From Antedon mediterranea (taxonomy: Eukaryota; Animalia; Echinodermata), in assembly GCF_964355755.1 (NCBI RefSeq), contig NC_092670.1, forward strand, positions 10,340,795 through 10,404,794: a DNA stretch of 64,000 nt, read 5' to 3'. The notes under the pieces are model-generated. The model was not told where the DNA came from and did no database searches. It saw only the letters and a list, made by a program, of their open reading frames with translations. Both the position numbers and the translations under genes were made by a program. Positions 12,055 through 25,070 of this stretch are shown piece after piece (positions within the stretch are counted from its first letter, which is position 1; each line of letters begins with the position of its first letter).

Positions 12055-15000
12055 CTATTAACCATGAATTCTCAGCACTATGCTTCACCGAAACTTGTTT
12101 TAATCATAATACGCCTTTTTCCTTTTATATTATTCCCAATTATAACCTCTTGCATGTTTCACGAGCTGAAAGACCAGGAGGAGGCGTTGCCATTTACCTA
12201 CACCAGAGATTTAAATATATTCTTCGCCCTGATTTATCATTTATCATTACTAATGGTTCGGAATCTCTTTTCATTGAAATCGATGCACAACCCAAAAACA
12301 TAATCCTTGGAGTAGTATATCGTTTGCCTGAATTATCCATTAACACATTTAATAAAGATATCTCTAATTTAATTGACACCATTAATAATGAGAAAAAAAC
12401 AGCATATATTTCAGGAGACTTTAATATTAACTTGTTAAATTCCAAAACACATAAAGGTACTTCTGATTTTGTTAATACTCTATTTCAATCAAATTATTAT
12501 CCTCTTATTACTAGGCCAACTAGAATTACGCGTAATTCTGCAACTTTAATCGACAATATTTTTTGTAATAATCTATACGATAACATTTCTTCCGGAATTC
12601 TATATTCGGACATCTCGGATCACTTTCCTGTTTTCTTGTTAGTACATAAATCAGAACCTCTCCAACACCTGAAACCTAAATCAAAATATATATACATAAA
12701 AAAAGTCAATGATATTTCAATTTCTGCCTTAAGTAATGATTTGTCAAATGTTGACTGGACTAGTATTTATAACTCCAATGAACCCAATGAGGCATACGCT
12801 TTATTCAACGACATATTTAGTACATTATATAATAACAACATTAAAACCACTCGTTCCAGACGAAATATTCGGAAAGAAAAAAAACCTTGGATAACTAAAT
12901 GCTTAATTAAATCTATCGACAAAAAACACAAATTATATAAAACATTTCTTATATCTAAAAAGCAAAAGGACAAAGATAAATATGTTAAATATCGAAATGT
13001 ACTTACCAAAATCCTTCGTACTGCCCAAAAGAATTACTTCAGTGACAAATTTGAATTCCATAAAAATAACATCCAAAAAACCTGGCAAACAATAAATGGA
13101 GTCCTTGGCAAGAAATCTCGTAAACCGTTTCCTTCTCACTTTATTAACAATGACATTGAATTAAATAATCCTCAACAAATTGCAACTGAATTCAATAATT
13201 ATTTTACTAGTATAGGGCCAAATTTAGTTAACAAAATACATGTGTCGGATAATGATAATTATACTTCTACCCTACCTCGTCCATGTGTGCACTCTCTCTT
13301 TCTTAGTCCTGTAACCGAACATGAAGTTGTCAGTATAATACTTTCCCTCAAAGATAATAAATCTCCTGGGTTTGATGGGTTTTCCAATAAAATTATTAAA
13401 CGTGTTTCTAATTTTATATGCAAACCCTTAACTCACATTTTTAATACTTCTTTTCGAACCGGTATTTTTCCTGTCATCCCTATCTACAAGAAAGAAGATC
13501 CTCATCATTTCAATAACTACAGACCAATCTCCCTACTTCCTTGTTTCTCAAAATTAATTGAAAAAATAATGCATAATCGAATTTCTTCCTTTTTAACTAA
13601 ACATAACATTTTATTTAAAGGCCAATATGGTTTCAGGAAAAAGTAGATCTTGCTTTATTAGATATTTTTGACAAAATTACAATTGCCCTGAGTAAAAATG
13701 AGTTTTCTGTTGGCATTTTCCTTGATTTATCTAAGGCCTTCGATACTATTAACCACGATATTTTAATTCATAAACTTTCAAATTACGGTATCAGAGGCCT
13801 TCCTTTAAAACTAATTAAAAGCTACCTTTCCAATCGTGTTCAGTTTACTTCCTTAAATAATTTTAACTCTTCCTATTCCCGTTTAACCTGTGGTGTTCCC
13901 CAAGGATCGATTCTTGGACCACTCTTATTCCTGATTTTTGTTAACGATATACCAAACAGCTCTAAATTACTAAATTTTATCTTATTTGCTGACGACACAA
14001 ATATTTTTTTCTCTCATCCTAAATTAAATACCTTGTTTAAAATTGTCAATGATGAGTTACTTAAAGTTTCAAATTGGCTCAAACACAATAAATTAACTCT
14101 TAATACATTCAAAACGAACTATATAATATTTTCTAAACGTAAAATTTCAAATTCTTTAAATGAACAAATATACATTGATAATAAAATGATCAAACGAGTT
14201 AATGAAACACAATTTTTAGGAGTAACCATAGATGCCTCTCTGACTTGGAAACTACATATAAATAAAATCAGTAATCTAGTTTCTAGAAATGTTGGAATAT
14301 TGAACAAATTAAAACATATCTTCCCTCAAAAAACCTTATTAACCCTTTATAATACTTTAGTTTTGCCTTACCTTTCTTATGCCAATTTATGTTGGGCAAT
14401 TACTCTAGATAAATTTAATACGTTATGCCCCTGGACAAGTCTAGAGAAAACTCAAATTGACCGCCTTTTTAAACTACAAAAACGTGCACTTCGGATTTGC
14501 GCGGGAGAATCATTTAGAGCCCATACAAAATTACTTTTTAAAAGATTTAACGTTTTAAACATTTATGATTTAAATAAATTACAAGTTGCCTCATTTATGT
14601 ACCGTTTATCTAACAATTTACTGCCTTCACATTTTAATGCTTTATTTACAAGAATTGACGAACGCCATTCCTATAAAACCCGATCCTCTGTTAACAATTA
14701 TATCCTTGATAATTTAAATGTTAAGGCTCGACGATTTTCTATGTATTATTTTGGTCCCAAACTTTGGACTTCACTCTCAAATGAACTTAAACAGAAATCT
14801 TCCTTTTCTAGTTTTAAATCTAATTTCAAACACAAAATGGTGTCAGAATATGCTACATAATTTTTCGCCGATCTTTTATCCTTATTTATTTGGTGGTGAT
14901 ACATGGCATTAAATCCTTCACCCTGGTATTCAATAATCTCCGCTACATTGTATCGTTATACTTGTTATTATACCATATTTAATTATATTTCATATTGTAC

Positions 15001-15297
15001 TCTAATTGTTATCATTATCCCTTTTATCATATATTATATAATTGCCTGGTTTATCTTAACTTCTATAATTTAAAATTTTTTTATTTTCTTTATTTTATGT
15101 ACTTTCACTATTATATATTCATATTTTAGTCTACTCTGTAGCAATGTTAGTATACTTAGGCATACGGGAGTCACGACTTAAAGTTCAGTGAACTTACTGT
15201 GACTTCCATCCACCCACATTTAATATATGTTATGTAAATGTAAATGATATATATATATATATAAGTGAGTGGAAAAAATAAATAAACGAAACGAAAC
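12055..15297 (+). mobile_element. CR1/L2-group LINE ORF2 (APE endonuclease plus RT), 5'-truncated, with a frame-breaking lesion near 13644
   Basis: APE motifs (GGGVAIY, GDFNINLL, TLIDNIF, SDHFPV); RT motifs (YRPISLLP, FLDLSKAFD, GVPQGSILGP, FADDT in frame with ORF 14033-14860). A short in-frame deletion is likely at GIFP|VIPI. Tail is AAATAAATAAACGAAACGAAAC. Confidence 0.95.
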
Positions 15298-15460
15298 TAT
15301 TTATACAAATTTATATATTATTTTTATCAATTATTGCAAAATCTTACTTTTCAGCCTTTTGGCTGCCGTTGTATTATTGATTTCTTTTTTATGAATAAAT
15401 ATACATGAAGTGATTTAATAAACCAATTTTAATAAACAACGCCTCATTTTAAAGCATACA

Positions 15461-17402
15461 CATACACATACTGTTGCATTGACTGCCTCATAAATGCCTA
15501 CTACATTAATCATACATATACGGTTGCATTGACTGCCTCATAAATGTCTACTACATTATTCATACACATACTGTTGCATTGACTGCCTCATGTCTACTAC
15601 ATTAATCATACATATACTGTTGCATTGACTGCCTCATAAATGCCTACTACATTAATCATACACATACTGTTGCATTGACTGCCTCATAAATGCCTACTAC
15701 ATTAATCATACACATACTGTTGCATTGACTGCCTCATAAATGCCTACTACATTAATCATACACATACTGTTGCATTAACTGCCTCATAAATGCCTACTAC
15801 ATTAATCATACATATACTGTTGCATTAACTGCCTCATAAATGCCTACTACATTAATCATACATATACTGTTGCATTAACTGCCTCATAAATGCCTACTAC
15901 ATTAATCATACACATACTGTTGCATTAACTGCCTCATAAATGCCTACTACATTAATCATACACATACTGTTGCATTGACTGCCTCATAAATGCCTTCTAC
16001 ATTAATCATACACATACTGTTGCATTGACTGCCTCATAAATGCCTACTACATTAATCATACACATACTGTTGCATTGACTGCCTCATAAATGTCTACTAC
16101 ATTAATCATACACATACTGTTGCATTAACTGCCTCATAAATGCCTACTACATTAATCATACATATACTGTTGCATTGACTGCCTCATAAATGCCTACTAC
16201 ATTAATCATACACATACTGTTGCATTAACTGCCTCATAAATGCCTACTACATTAATCATACATATACTGTTGCATTGACTGCCTCATAAATGTCTACTAC
16301 ATTAATCATACACATACTGTTGCATTGACTGCCTCATAAATGTCTACTACATAATCATACACATACTGTTGCATTGACTGCCTCATAAATGCCTACTACA
16401 TTAATCATACACATACTGTTGCATTGACTGCCTCATAAATGCCTAATACATTAATCATACACATACTGTTGCATTGACTACCTCATAAATGTCTACTACA
16501 TTAATCATACACATACTGTTGCATTGACTGCCTCATAAATACCTACTACATTAATCATACATATACTGTTGCATTGACTGCCTCATAAATGTCTACTACA
16601 TTAATCATACATATACTGTTGCATTGACTGCCTCATAAATGTCTACTACATTAATCATACACATACTGTTGCATTGACTGCCTCATAAATACCTACTACA
16701 TTAATCATACACATACTGTTGCATTGACTGCCTCATAAATGCCTACTACATTAATCATACACATACTGTTGCATTGACTGCCTCATAAATGCCTACTACA
16801 TTAATCATACATATACTGTTGCATTGACTGCCTCATAAATGTCTACTACATTAATCATACACATACTGTTGCATTGACTGCCTCATAAATGTCTACTACA
16901 TAATCATACACATACTGTTGCATTGACTGCCTCATAAATGCCTACTACATTAATCATACACATACTGTTGCATTGACTGCCTCATAAATGCCTAATACAT
17001 TAATCATACACATACTGTTGCATTGACTACCTCATAAATGTCTACTACATTAATCATACACATACTGTTGCATTGACTGCCTCATAAATACCTACTACAT
17101 TAATCATACATATACTGTTGCATTGACTGCCTCATAAATGTCTACTACATTAATCATACATATACTGTTGCATTGACTGCCTCATAAATGTCTACTACAT
17201 TAATCATACACATACTGTTGCATTGACTGCCTCATAAATACCTACTACATTAATCATACACATACTGTTGCATTGACTGCCTCATAAATGCCTACTACAT
17301 TAATCATACACATACTGTTGCATTGACTGCCTCATAAATACCTACTACATTAATCATACATATACTGTTGCATTGACTGCCTCATAAATGCCTACTACAT
17401 TA
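15461..17402. repeat. 50-bp minisatellite, about 39 copies (CATACACATACTGTTGCATTGACTGCCTCATAAATGCCTACTACATTAAT)
   Basis: Direct head-to-tail units with only a few variant positions and no spacers. Confidence 0.98.
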
Positions 17403-18345
17403 AAACAAACTAAAATCAGTAAATGTAGTAACTGCAGTAAATGCAGTTTAATAATTTTAACATGATCTATTGATAAGATAAGTTGTTGTACTGTGAGTGC
17501 ATTTGCACATTTAAGGGCCATACCAAAAATGTACTTCATAGACAGTTTACAGAGTACTTTGCATTCAAGGTGATCACCTTTGGGCTTTACATTATATTTG
17601 AGACGCGACATCAATTGATAATCAAAAAGTATCAAATGATTATTATTTGTTGTTTAAACTTTTAAATATTGTGGTCTAATTATGACATAACTAGTGAAAT
17701 TATGGGGCTATTTCACAAAGGCATAGAATTATTTTTTCATGAGGTTCACGTCAATATCATTATTAGAATTGTTTTGTTCTACTTTTCAGATGTTTTTAGA
17801 AGCTTTTCTTTTAATGTTTGTCTAATTTCTTTAAGCTAAATTTGATGGAAAGACAGCCTCAAATTATGCTAGAACGCTGCTGTGTCTTGTGACTTTAGCC
17901 CTGACTTTAGACCCTGACGCCACCGCTGCTTAGGTACAGTACATGTCTCAAGTTCTTTCCCAGCAGTCAATTTCCTTATCATTTAGCTGTGTTTAATCAG
18001 TCATAATTCTAACATTATTTTTATTATCTTTTAAATGTGATAATTGCAATATAAACCCTATATGTGTCCATAGATTATTTTTACTGCAAAGTACTAAGTG
18101 TGTATAAGGCCTTAAAAAAAGTACTAAGGGACTATGAGGCCTTAAAAAAGGTTAATTCTTTGTATACTTAATGTGTTTTTAAATGTAAATATAGATTGAA
18201 TATACTAACCTGCAGTTCCATTGGCAGGCTGAAGGCGCTTGACCTTTGACAAGATCGGCTAAATTTTTAATATATTAACTTTACAATACTTGGTGTTGTA
18301 TATTCTGGTACAGCCGCTCCATAATCTCTTTGATTTTCTTCCTTA

Positions 18346-20990
18346 AGGCCGGTGCACACCAAACGCGAAGCCGCGAATTTCGCGTTAAAAAGTGACGCAC
18401 GCGGCAGGCGACGGACGCTTCCAGTGTGAACATACAAGCGAACAGTGTACGATAGTCGAATTTCAACTTCAACGCGTTGAAAACGACAGCAGCGAAGGCT
18501 TCGCACGCGAATTTTCAAAAGTTGAACCTTGGTCAACTTTTTGAGGCGTCGCGAGCGCGGTTTGCGTTCGTCAACCAATCAGAAGTCAGGAATATCTCTC
18601 ATCGACGACACCGACGGCAAAAAAATGGTGGCTGACGAGCGAGGTCTTTATGGAAATACTTACCCTTCTTGTCTTTACGATAAGGGAAGTAAGTCATACA
18701 CAGACAGAAACATAAGGATTAATGCATGAAGACAATAATTTCAGACAAACATCTGTGTAGAAGAATGCCAGAAAAACTAGGCCTAAAACGCGTCAGAGAT
18801 CAATTTGTAAAGTGAGTTGGCAAGCCTATTTCTAGCCTAGGCCTACCTAGGTTTAGGCAATACTAGGGCCTAGCTAGGCCTACCTAGCCTAGGCTACATA
18901 TACCCTAGTAGGCTAGGCCATGCCAAGTAGTACTTATAGGCCTACATAATACTTACTAATCCCTACTAGTCTACTATGAGCTAGGACTAGCCTACTTATT
19001 ATTATTAATTAATATTTATAGGCCTAATATTTAGTTGATTTAGTGTTGTAAAGGCTAGGATAGGCCTAGTAGTAGTAATATTAATACATAAATACTGTTG
19101 TTTTTTTTTTTTAGGTCAATTAGATGAACATTGATAAATGGGATCCTTCAGGCTATTACCAGCGTTACAAACTCCACCAATGACCAAGCTAGTAGTTTAA
19201 GCGGCCAGTATATTATTGCCATGGAATTAAGAGCAATTGCTCCTCAAAAACGTGGACTGGCAATTATGAGGCTGATACAGGTTTGTATAGACTTTTTTCA
19301 AATGGGTATGTCAGTTGGTGACATACATTGGCCAGAAAAAAATGATTTGAGCAATATGCCTTACTATAGCAATTTTTTAATACTTGTTTCATTTTTTTAA
19401 AATAGAAAATGGAAGAGATTAAGGAGGAGTTGGACTGTAACTAGTATTTATTAAGTGGTTATAGAAGGAAAGCTGAACTGAATGTCTTTTTTTAGCAATA
19501 GAGAACACATGGAAATATATGTATATGTTTTGTTATACTCCAATACTAAAAAAATAGTCAAATTGGCTGCCAGCTAATGGAATTTTTTTCATTTTATAAG
19601 TGAAAACATAAGTTTTGTTGAGTTTTTTTCTATGTAAGTGATTAACTTTGTTAAAACTACAAAATGGCCTATTCAAATTTGATTTTAATCGTCTTCATTT
19701 TTCATGATTCTATGGGACAATACATCTTTAAGTTTAGTGTCATTTTTTGGACAAGATATATTGTCTTCCTGAAAATATAATTTAAAACATTTTCGTTGTG
19801 TGTGTAATACAGTATACAGTAACACTTTAGGGTTAGTTATTCACTTTTAACAATAATAATATTTCTTCAATTTTCATTTTTTTTTTTGGGATGATACCTT
19901 TTAAATTTATTATTTTGATATTATTTTGCGAAAGTATTCAGGAGTAGTAAAAAAGAAAATCTGGTTGATATTTAATGATACCTTTAAAAACAATGATTCA
20001 CTATTTCAATAAGTGTATTTATGTGAAAAAGTCATAAGATAATATACAGTGTAATGATTAATTATTTAATGATACCTTTAAAAACAATGATTCACTATTT
20101 AAATAAGTGTATTTATGTGAAAAAAAAGTCATAAGATAATATAAAGTGTAAATATGAGTTTGGGATATTTATTACATTTAATCAAATGAGAAAAAAACTG
20201 TATGTTTTGTCATGAATAATATAATATTTAATAATAATTAGAAAATGAATGTGAAAACTTTACATTAATATATAGGCCTATACTATAGTTTATTTTATTT
20301 ATTTATTTATTCAATTTCTGCCATAAACATAAGAAGACAAAACAATTATAAAAGGAGGCACAGAAAGACCAAACAGGTGCTAACACCTATGCTATAGTAG
20401 GTCAACCCATGGAGATCCCAGTTCGTGTTTATATGAAATGTTTTATATGGTTATAAAATGTTGTTGCAATGTGACTGTAATTATAATTGCACCTCTGTTG
20501 ATTGGTAGGCTGACGCTGCAAAAGATATTTGTAACACCACTAATAAATATACTCAGCAGATCACATGTACGTGTAATCAACAATAAACGCTTTAATTCTT
20601 GTAACTGTATTGATATTGGATACATCTTCTTCTGTCCTTGTGATACGATGTTTGACTGCTTGTTAATATACACACAATCATGCACATTTCAGGCTTTGGA
20701 AAAGGATAACATTTTCCCACCAAAACCAAACACTGTGATTGGTTTAACCAGGGAAGAGTTAAATTACATTTTAATTTAAATCTTCCCTGGTTTCACTTAC
20801 ACTATTCATTGTATGCAGATCCAACCTGGAACACCCTAGCAATCGCGCCGAATCAGCACATCGTGACGCGTTTAGTGGGAACCGACAAGAAAAACTAATA
20901 GACGCATGACAATTCAACTTCCAAAGCGATCCGTCAAATGACGCGTGACGCATGACGCTTCGCTGCTTCGCGTTCGGTGTGCACCGGCCT
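18346..20990 (+). mobile_element. Non-autonomous PIF/Harbinger element carrying a decayed MADF (Myb/SANT-like)-BESS-like gene
   Basis: TIRs AGGCCGGTGCACACC(A/G)AACGCGAAGC at both ends; TTA target duplication (18343-18345, 20991-20993). MADF-like remnant PSCLYDKGSKSYTDRNIRINA* near 18660-18730; BESS-like remnant GQYIIAMELRAIAPQKRGLAIMRLIQ near 19200-19280. Confidence 0.85.
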
Positions 20991-21722
20991 TTATATCTAT
21001 ATTTTTAAATTTATACTAACAAATATCTTTTTATTAATATAATAATAATAATAATATATCAAAAATTTATTAAATAATATTTATCGCATAATACGCAATC
21101 TACGATAATTTAATTAATTGATATAACACATTTATTAAATACATAACATCATTTGAATAAAAAGAACAAATCACATATCTACACATAATCATAACATCGT
21201 ATACTCTATCTCTAACAATTTATTCAATCTTCTATCGACTAAAGCCGAAGTATAGTCGTTATCTCGGGACCGTTCTATGGCCACCACCAGGTAGGCTTAC
21301 TTCATTAAGGCTTCTATGAATGGATGTACTGGTTGGGAGCAGGAACGCTAGTAGACCAAACCCAGTACCGTTTTGATTACGATCAATCGGGAAATTACCT
21401 CACGAGGGTTTTCTACATCGAGCAGTTATTGGCTATATGGCAGTATTCAAGTAATTAAAGTGTTAAATAGCATTTAATCCAATTTACATTTAGGTAAACT
21501 TAGGGTTCAAAGTATCATACAATAAGAAGATCATTACGAATGTTACGAGGTATTTTAAAAATTTATATTATATAAAATAAAAAAAAATTTAATTTCAAAT
21601 ATTATCATTATTATTACTTACTGGTTTTAGTAGAGTTCTTTCAAGTTCTGTCTGAATGTTTGCCTTTTCTTTAATTTAAATGTATAATTACTGTATACAT
21701 AAATGAAGTATAATGATCCCTA

Positions 21723-24099
21723 CACACTAAAAAAAAAAGGTGCAAATCTCTACCTAAAAAGGTGCAAACCGATGCAACAATAGCAGCTCCCTTTAAGGTG
21801 CACAACTGCACCTTTGACGGAAGGTGCAATTTTGAACCCTGATAAAGGGTGCTATAATGCTCCTTTGGAGTTCACATTTGCACCATATAAGGTGTAATTT
21901 TCTACCCTAAAAGGTGCAAACTAAATGCAACAATAGCAGCTCCCCAAAGGAGCAAAATTCAACCTCTAAATAAAGGTGCAACTTTACACCCTAATAAAAG
22001 GTTCAATAATGCTCCTCTAAGATTCAAATTTCTGTTAAAAAGGTGCACTCAAATAAAAATCACTAAAATACAAACAATATTGATTAAGCTTTGTATAATT
22101 TTATTCAACTTTAAAACATTACATTATTCAATTCAACTGCTGAATTAATGGATGGCAATTACCAGTCTCTGCACCTTAAATAGAGTGTGGCCATCTCTTC
22201 TCAAACCAACAATAGGCCTATTGTTAAAATTATCTAATGATGACATCTTTGGCAGTATTCTCTTCTTATCCCCATATATCTGAAACAGTGTTCTTGATGT
22301 CTGGTTCACCTTTTCCGAACATTTTCACCTGATAATGTACTTTCCTAAAAAGCATGAAATACGAAGGGAAACTATTATATTAATATTATCATTAATATGA
22401 CAACATCATACAATACAATATTGACATTGTTCTGATTTTTTAAGTCAAATTACCTTGACCACATGCTTCACATACTTTAAAGTATGTTCCTCTCCCTTTC
22501 CTCGGCTCGTAGTATAGTAGGCCCTATATACTAGAGTATTACAGTACATGTGGTCACATTTCTTTCTCCTTTTCTGAACATCTTTATTGCTGCTGATTAG
22601 AGCAGAGGTGCTCTTTCATGTTTTAAACTTATTTTATCCCTCCATGACATCATGTAGGCTGTAACTATAATTAAAAATAATGATAATGTGTATAAGAATT
22701 TAATATAGGCTAGGCCTAATAATACCCAGCTACTGTAATAACTAATATTAATAACTAGGCCCCTGGCCTGCCTAGCTAGGCCTATTATTAATTATAGGCC
22801 TAGCCGGCTAGCTAGTTAGGCCTAGCCTAGGACTGCTTTTAATTAAGTTTAAGGTCTAGCCTAGGCCTACCTAGTAACCTAGGCATAGCTAGCCTATTAT
22901 GCCTAACCTACTAGCTAGACCCAGGTAAGTAGGCTAGGCCTGGTCTAGGACTAGCCCCCGCCCGAAAGGCTACTGTAGGCTAAGTAGGCCTCTAGACTGC
23001 CTACTTTAGGCTTAACCTAGCCTAGGCCTAATAGAGGCCGCCTACTAGATAGGCTAGGACCTAGGCCTAGCCTTAGTAGTAGGTAGGAGGCCTCTAGCTA
23101 GCCATATTTATTTATTTAGCTATCATTTTTAAGTTTTAGGCCTAGCCTAGGCTTATAGGCCTATACAATAATTAATCTAATAAAAACAACCAAACTACAT
23201 GCCTATAAAGCTTCGTACTTACTTTTAACAGCTATCCTACACTGGAGAGGTGTGGGAGCTAGGCCTAGTTTAATTTTATAGCCTGATTTTTTGGGCGCAA
23301 ACTCCTCCTCAATTCAAACTACATGTTTAACAACCGCACGCGCTTCTTAAAATTATTGTTCAATTCCTGTTTCAAATAAATTTAGAACAGATGCCTACAT
23401 TATGATATTAGATATTCTAATAATATTGTTAAATATGAAAGAAAAGTTTACTTATTCTAGACTTAAGCAAACCAGAGTAAATAACCTCTGAAATTTAATA
23501 TTTTAACCATTGTTTACAGACATCTTGCGTGCGCATACGGTACGAAAATTGTACAAAAATTGTACAAAAAGGTGCTATTATGCACCTTTTAACTGATGTT
23601 AAACCTTATAGGGTGCCCAGTTGAACCTTTCAATTTATCATGTTAAAGGTATTAAACTTTAATTTTCAGTTACAAGCCAGCGACTTTCTAATGTTCCGTA
23701 AAAAAAAGATTTGTTCGAATTCCGATAGCTGTCCCCACAAACCTATCTATATTAGGCTATTATTAATCTTTCTTATTTTTGTTTTAACTTACCACAATAA
23801 TGTCATTCTAAAAAAATTGTCCTTATCACCATCACCTTTTAAGCTTTTAGAAGCCCTAAGTTAAACATATCAAGAAGCGTTCATTAATCTAATAGGTCTT
23901 ATTTGTCACACAGTCACCATGGCCTACTTGGGCCTTTGCGGTGCAGTTCTGCACCTTTTTATACTTGTCTGCATTTTTCGATATAAAAGGTGCAAAAATA
24001 AACCTTTTATGAACTCTGCACCATTTTATGAGAAAAAGGCGCAAATTAGCACCTTTTTATAGGTTTGCACCTTTTATTGCACCTTTAGTTTTAAGTGTG
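21723..24099. mobile_element. Non-autonomous CMC/EnSpm-like DNA transposon
   Basis: Termini CACACT(A/T)AAAA...AAAGGTGCAA inverted at both ends, flanked by TA; many subterminal AAGGTGCA/TGCACCTT repeats. Superfamily inferred from the CAC terminus and 2-bp duplication. Confidence 0.7.
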
Positions 24100-24299
24100 T
24101 ACATTGTTATTTAGGATGTGGATAAAGATAATTATGTTATTATCTAAGTGCTATTAATTTTATGATGCCGTTCGATTGTGTTGATTATTATATTACTAAA
24201 AATATTACTCTAATTGAGCTCGGGTGAGGTCTCTATTCCTATCATTACATCTGCAGCTTTATCAGTATTATGAAAACCATTTTTGCCGGCATCCAGTTC

Positions 24300-25070
24300 T
24301 CTTACTAAATGTGGTACTTGGGCCGGTATTATTTCTTGCTCTCATTAATGCCGGCCCGATTGAAGATTCAAATAATATGTCGACCCACTCTTGGTGAAGT
24401 TGTTCCCAGAAACTCTTTACCTATTACGTAGTCCCTTCTGGAAAATTTGAATGAATGGTGTTTGCTTATTTAAAAATGGCAAAAGATATACCAAATCCTT
24501 TAAAAATTATAGACAAATTTCTTTCCTTTACTAAATTATGCATTCCCAACTTTATGATTATTTGATAGCTAAGTTAAATATTCTGAATTAATATCATCAA
24601 TATGATTTGCAAAGGTCACTCAACTGCTCATGCTGTCTTCTTAATAATACTTTTATTGAACATAGAGCAATATTAGCGTGAAAGCTCATATATATTGGTG
24701 TATATATCAAATAATTATTTGATTGAGAAATTTGTTTGATGTAATTAACCATTCTATTTTAAATAAGAACATGCGAAAATTATGGTATTAAAGGCACTCC
24801 TTTAAGCATTTGCTTCTTGAGTTAGTTGGATGGCAGAAACAATTTGTCTCTATCCAATCATTTAAATCATCGACCGAGGATATCACTTGTGGGTGTCTCC
24901 TCACCCCAATTTTATTTTTACGTTAATGACCTGACTAATGTCAGTGAGAAGTTTAAGTGATATCCTTCGCCGACGATACTACTATTTTATTTATCTTCTT
25001 GTTGACATTTTATTTAATACTTTTAATTATGAATTGTCTAAATTTAATGACTGGTTTCTTTAAATTCTAA
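24300..25070 (+). mobile_element. Highly decayed LINE RT remnants (two fragments)
   Basis: VLGPVLFLALIN near 24315-24350; YGIKGTPL near 24781; YVNDLTNVSEKFK...FADDTTI near 24920-24985. Multiple stops and frameshifts. Confidence 0.65.

Noticed and set aside
15461-17402. Possible CRISPR array
   Set aside because: Units are contiguous 50-mers with no unique spacers, there are no cas genes, and the context is eukaryotic.
21618-21680. Possible minus-strand coiled-coil exon (KEKANIQTELERTLLKP, GTAAGT donor) of the FReD gene
   Set aside because: No convincing acceptor and too short to assign by eye.
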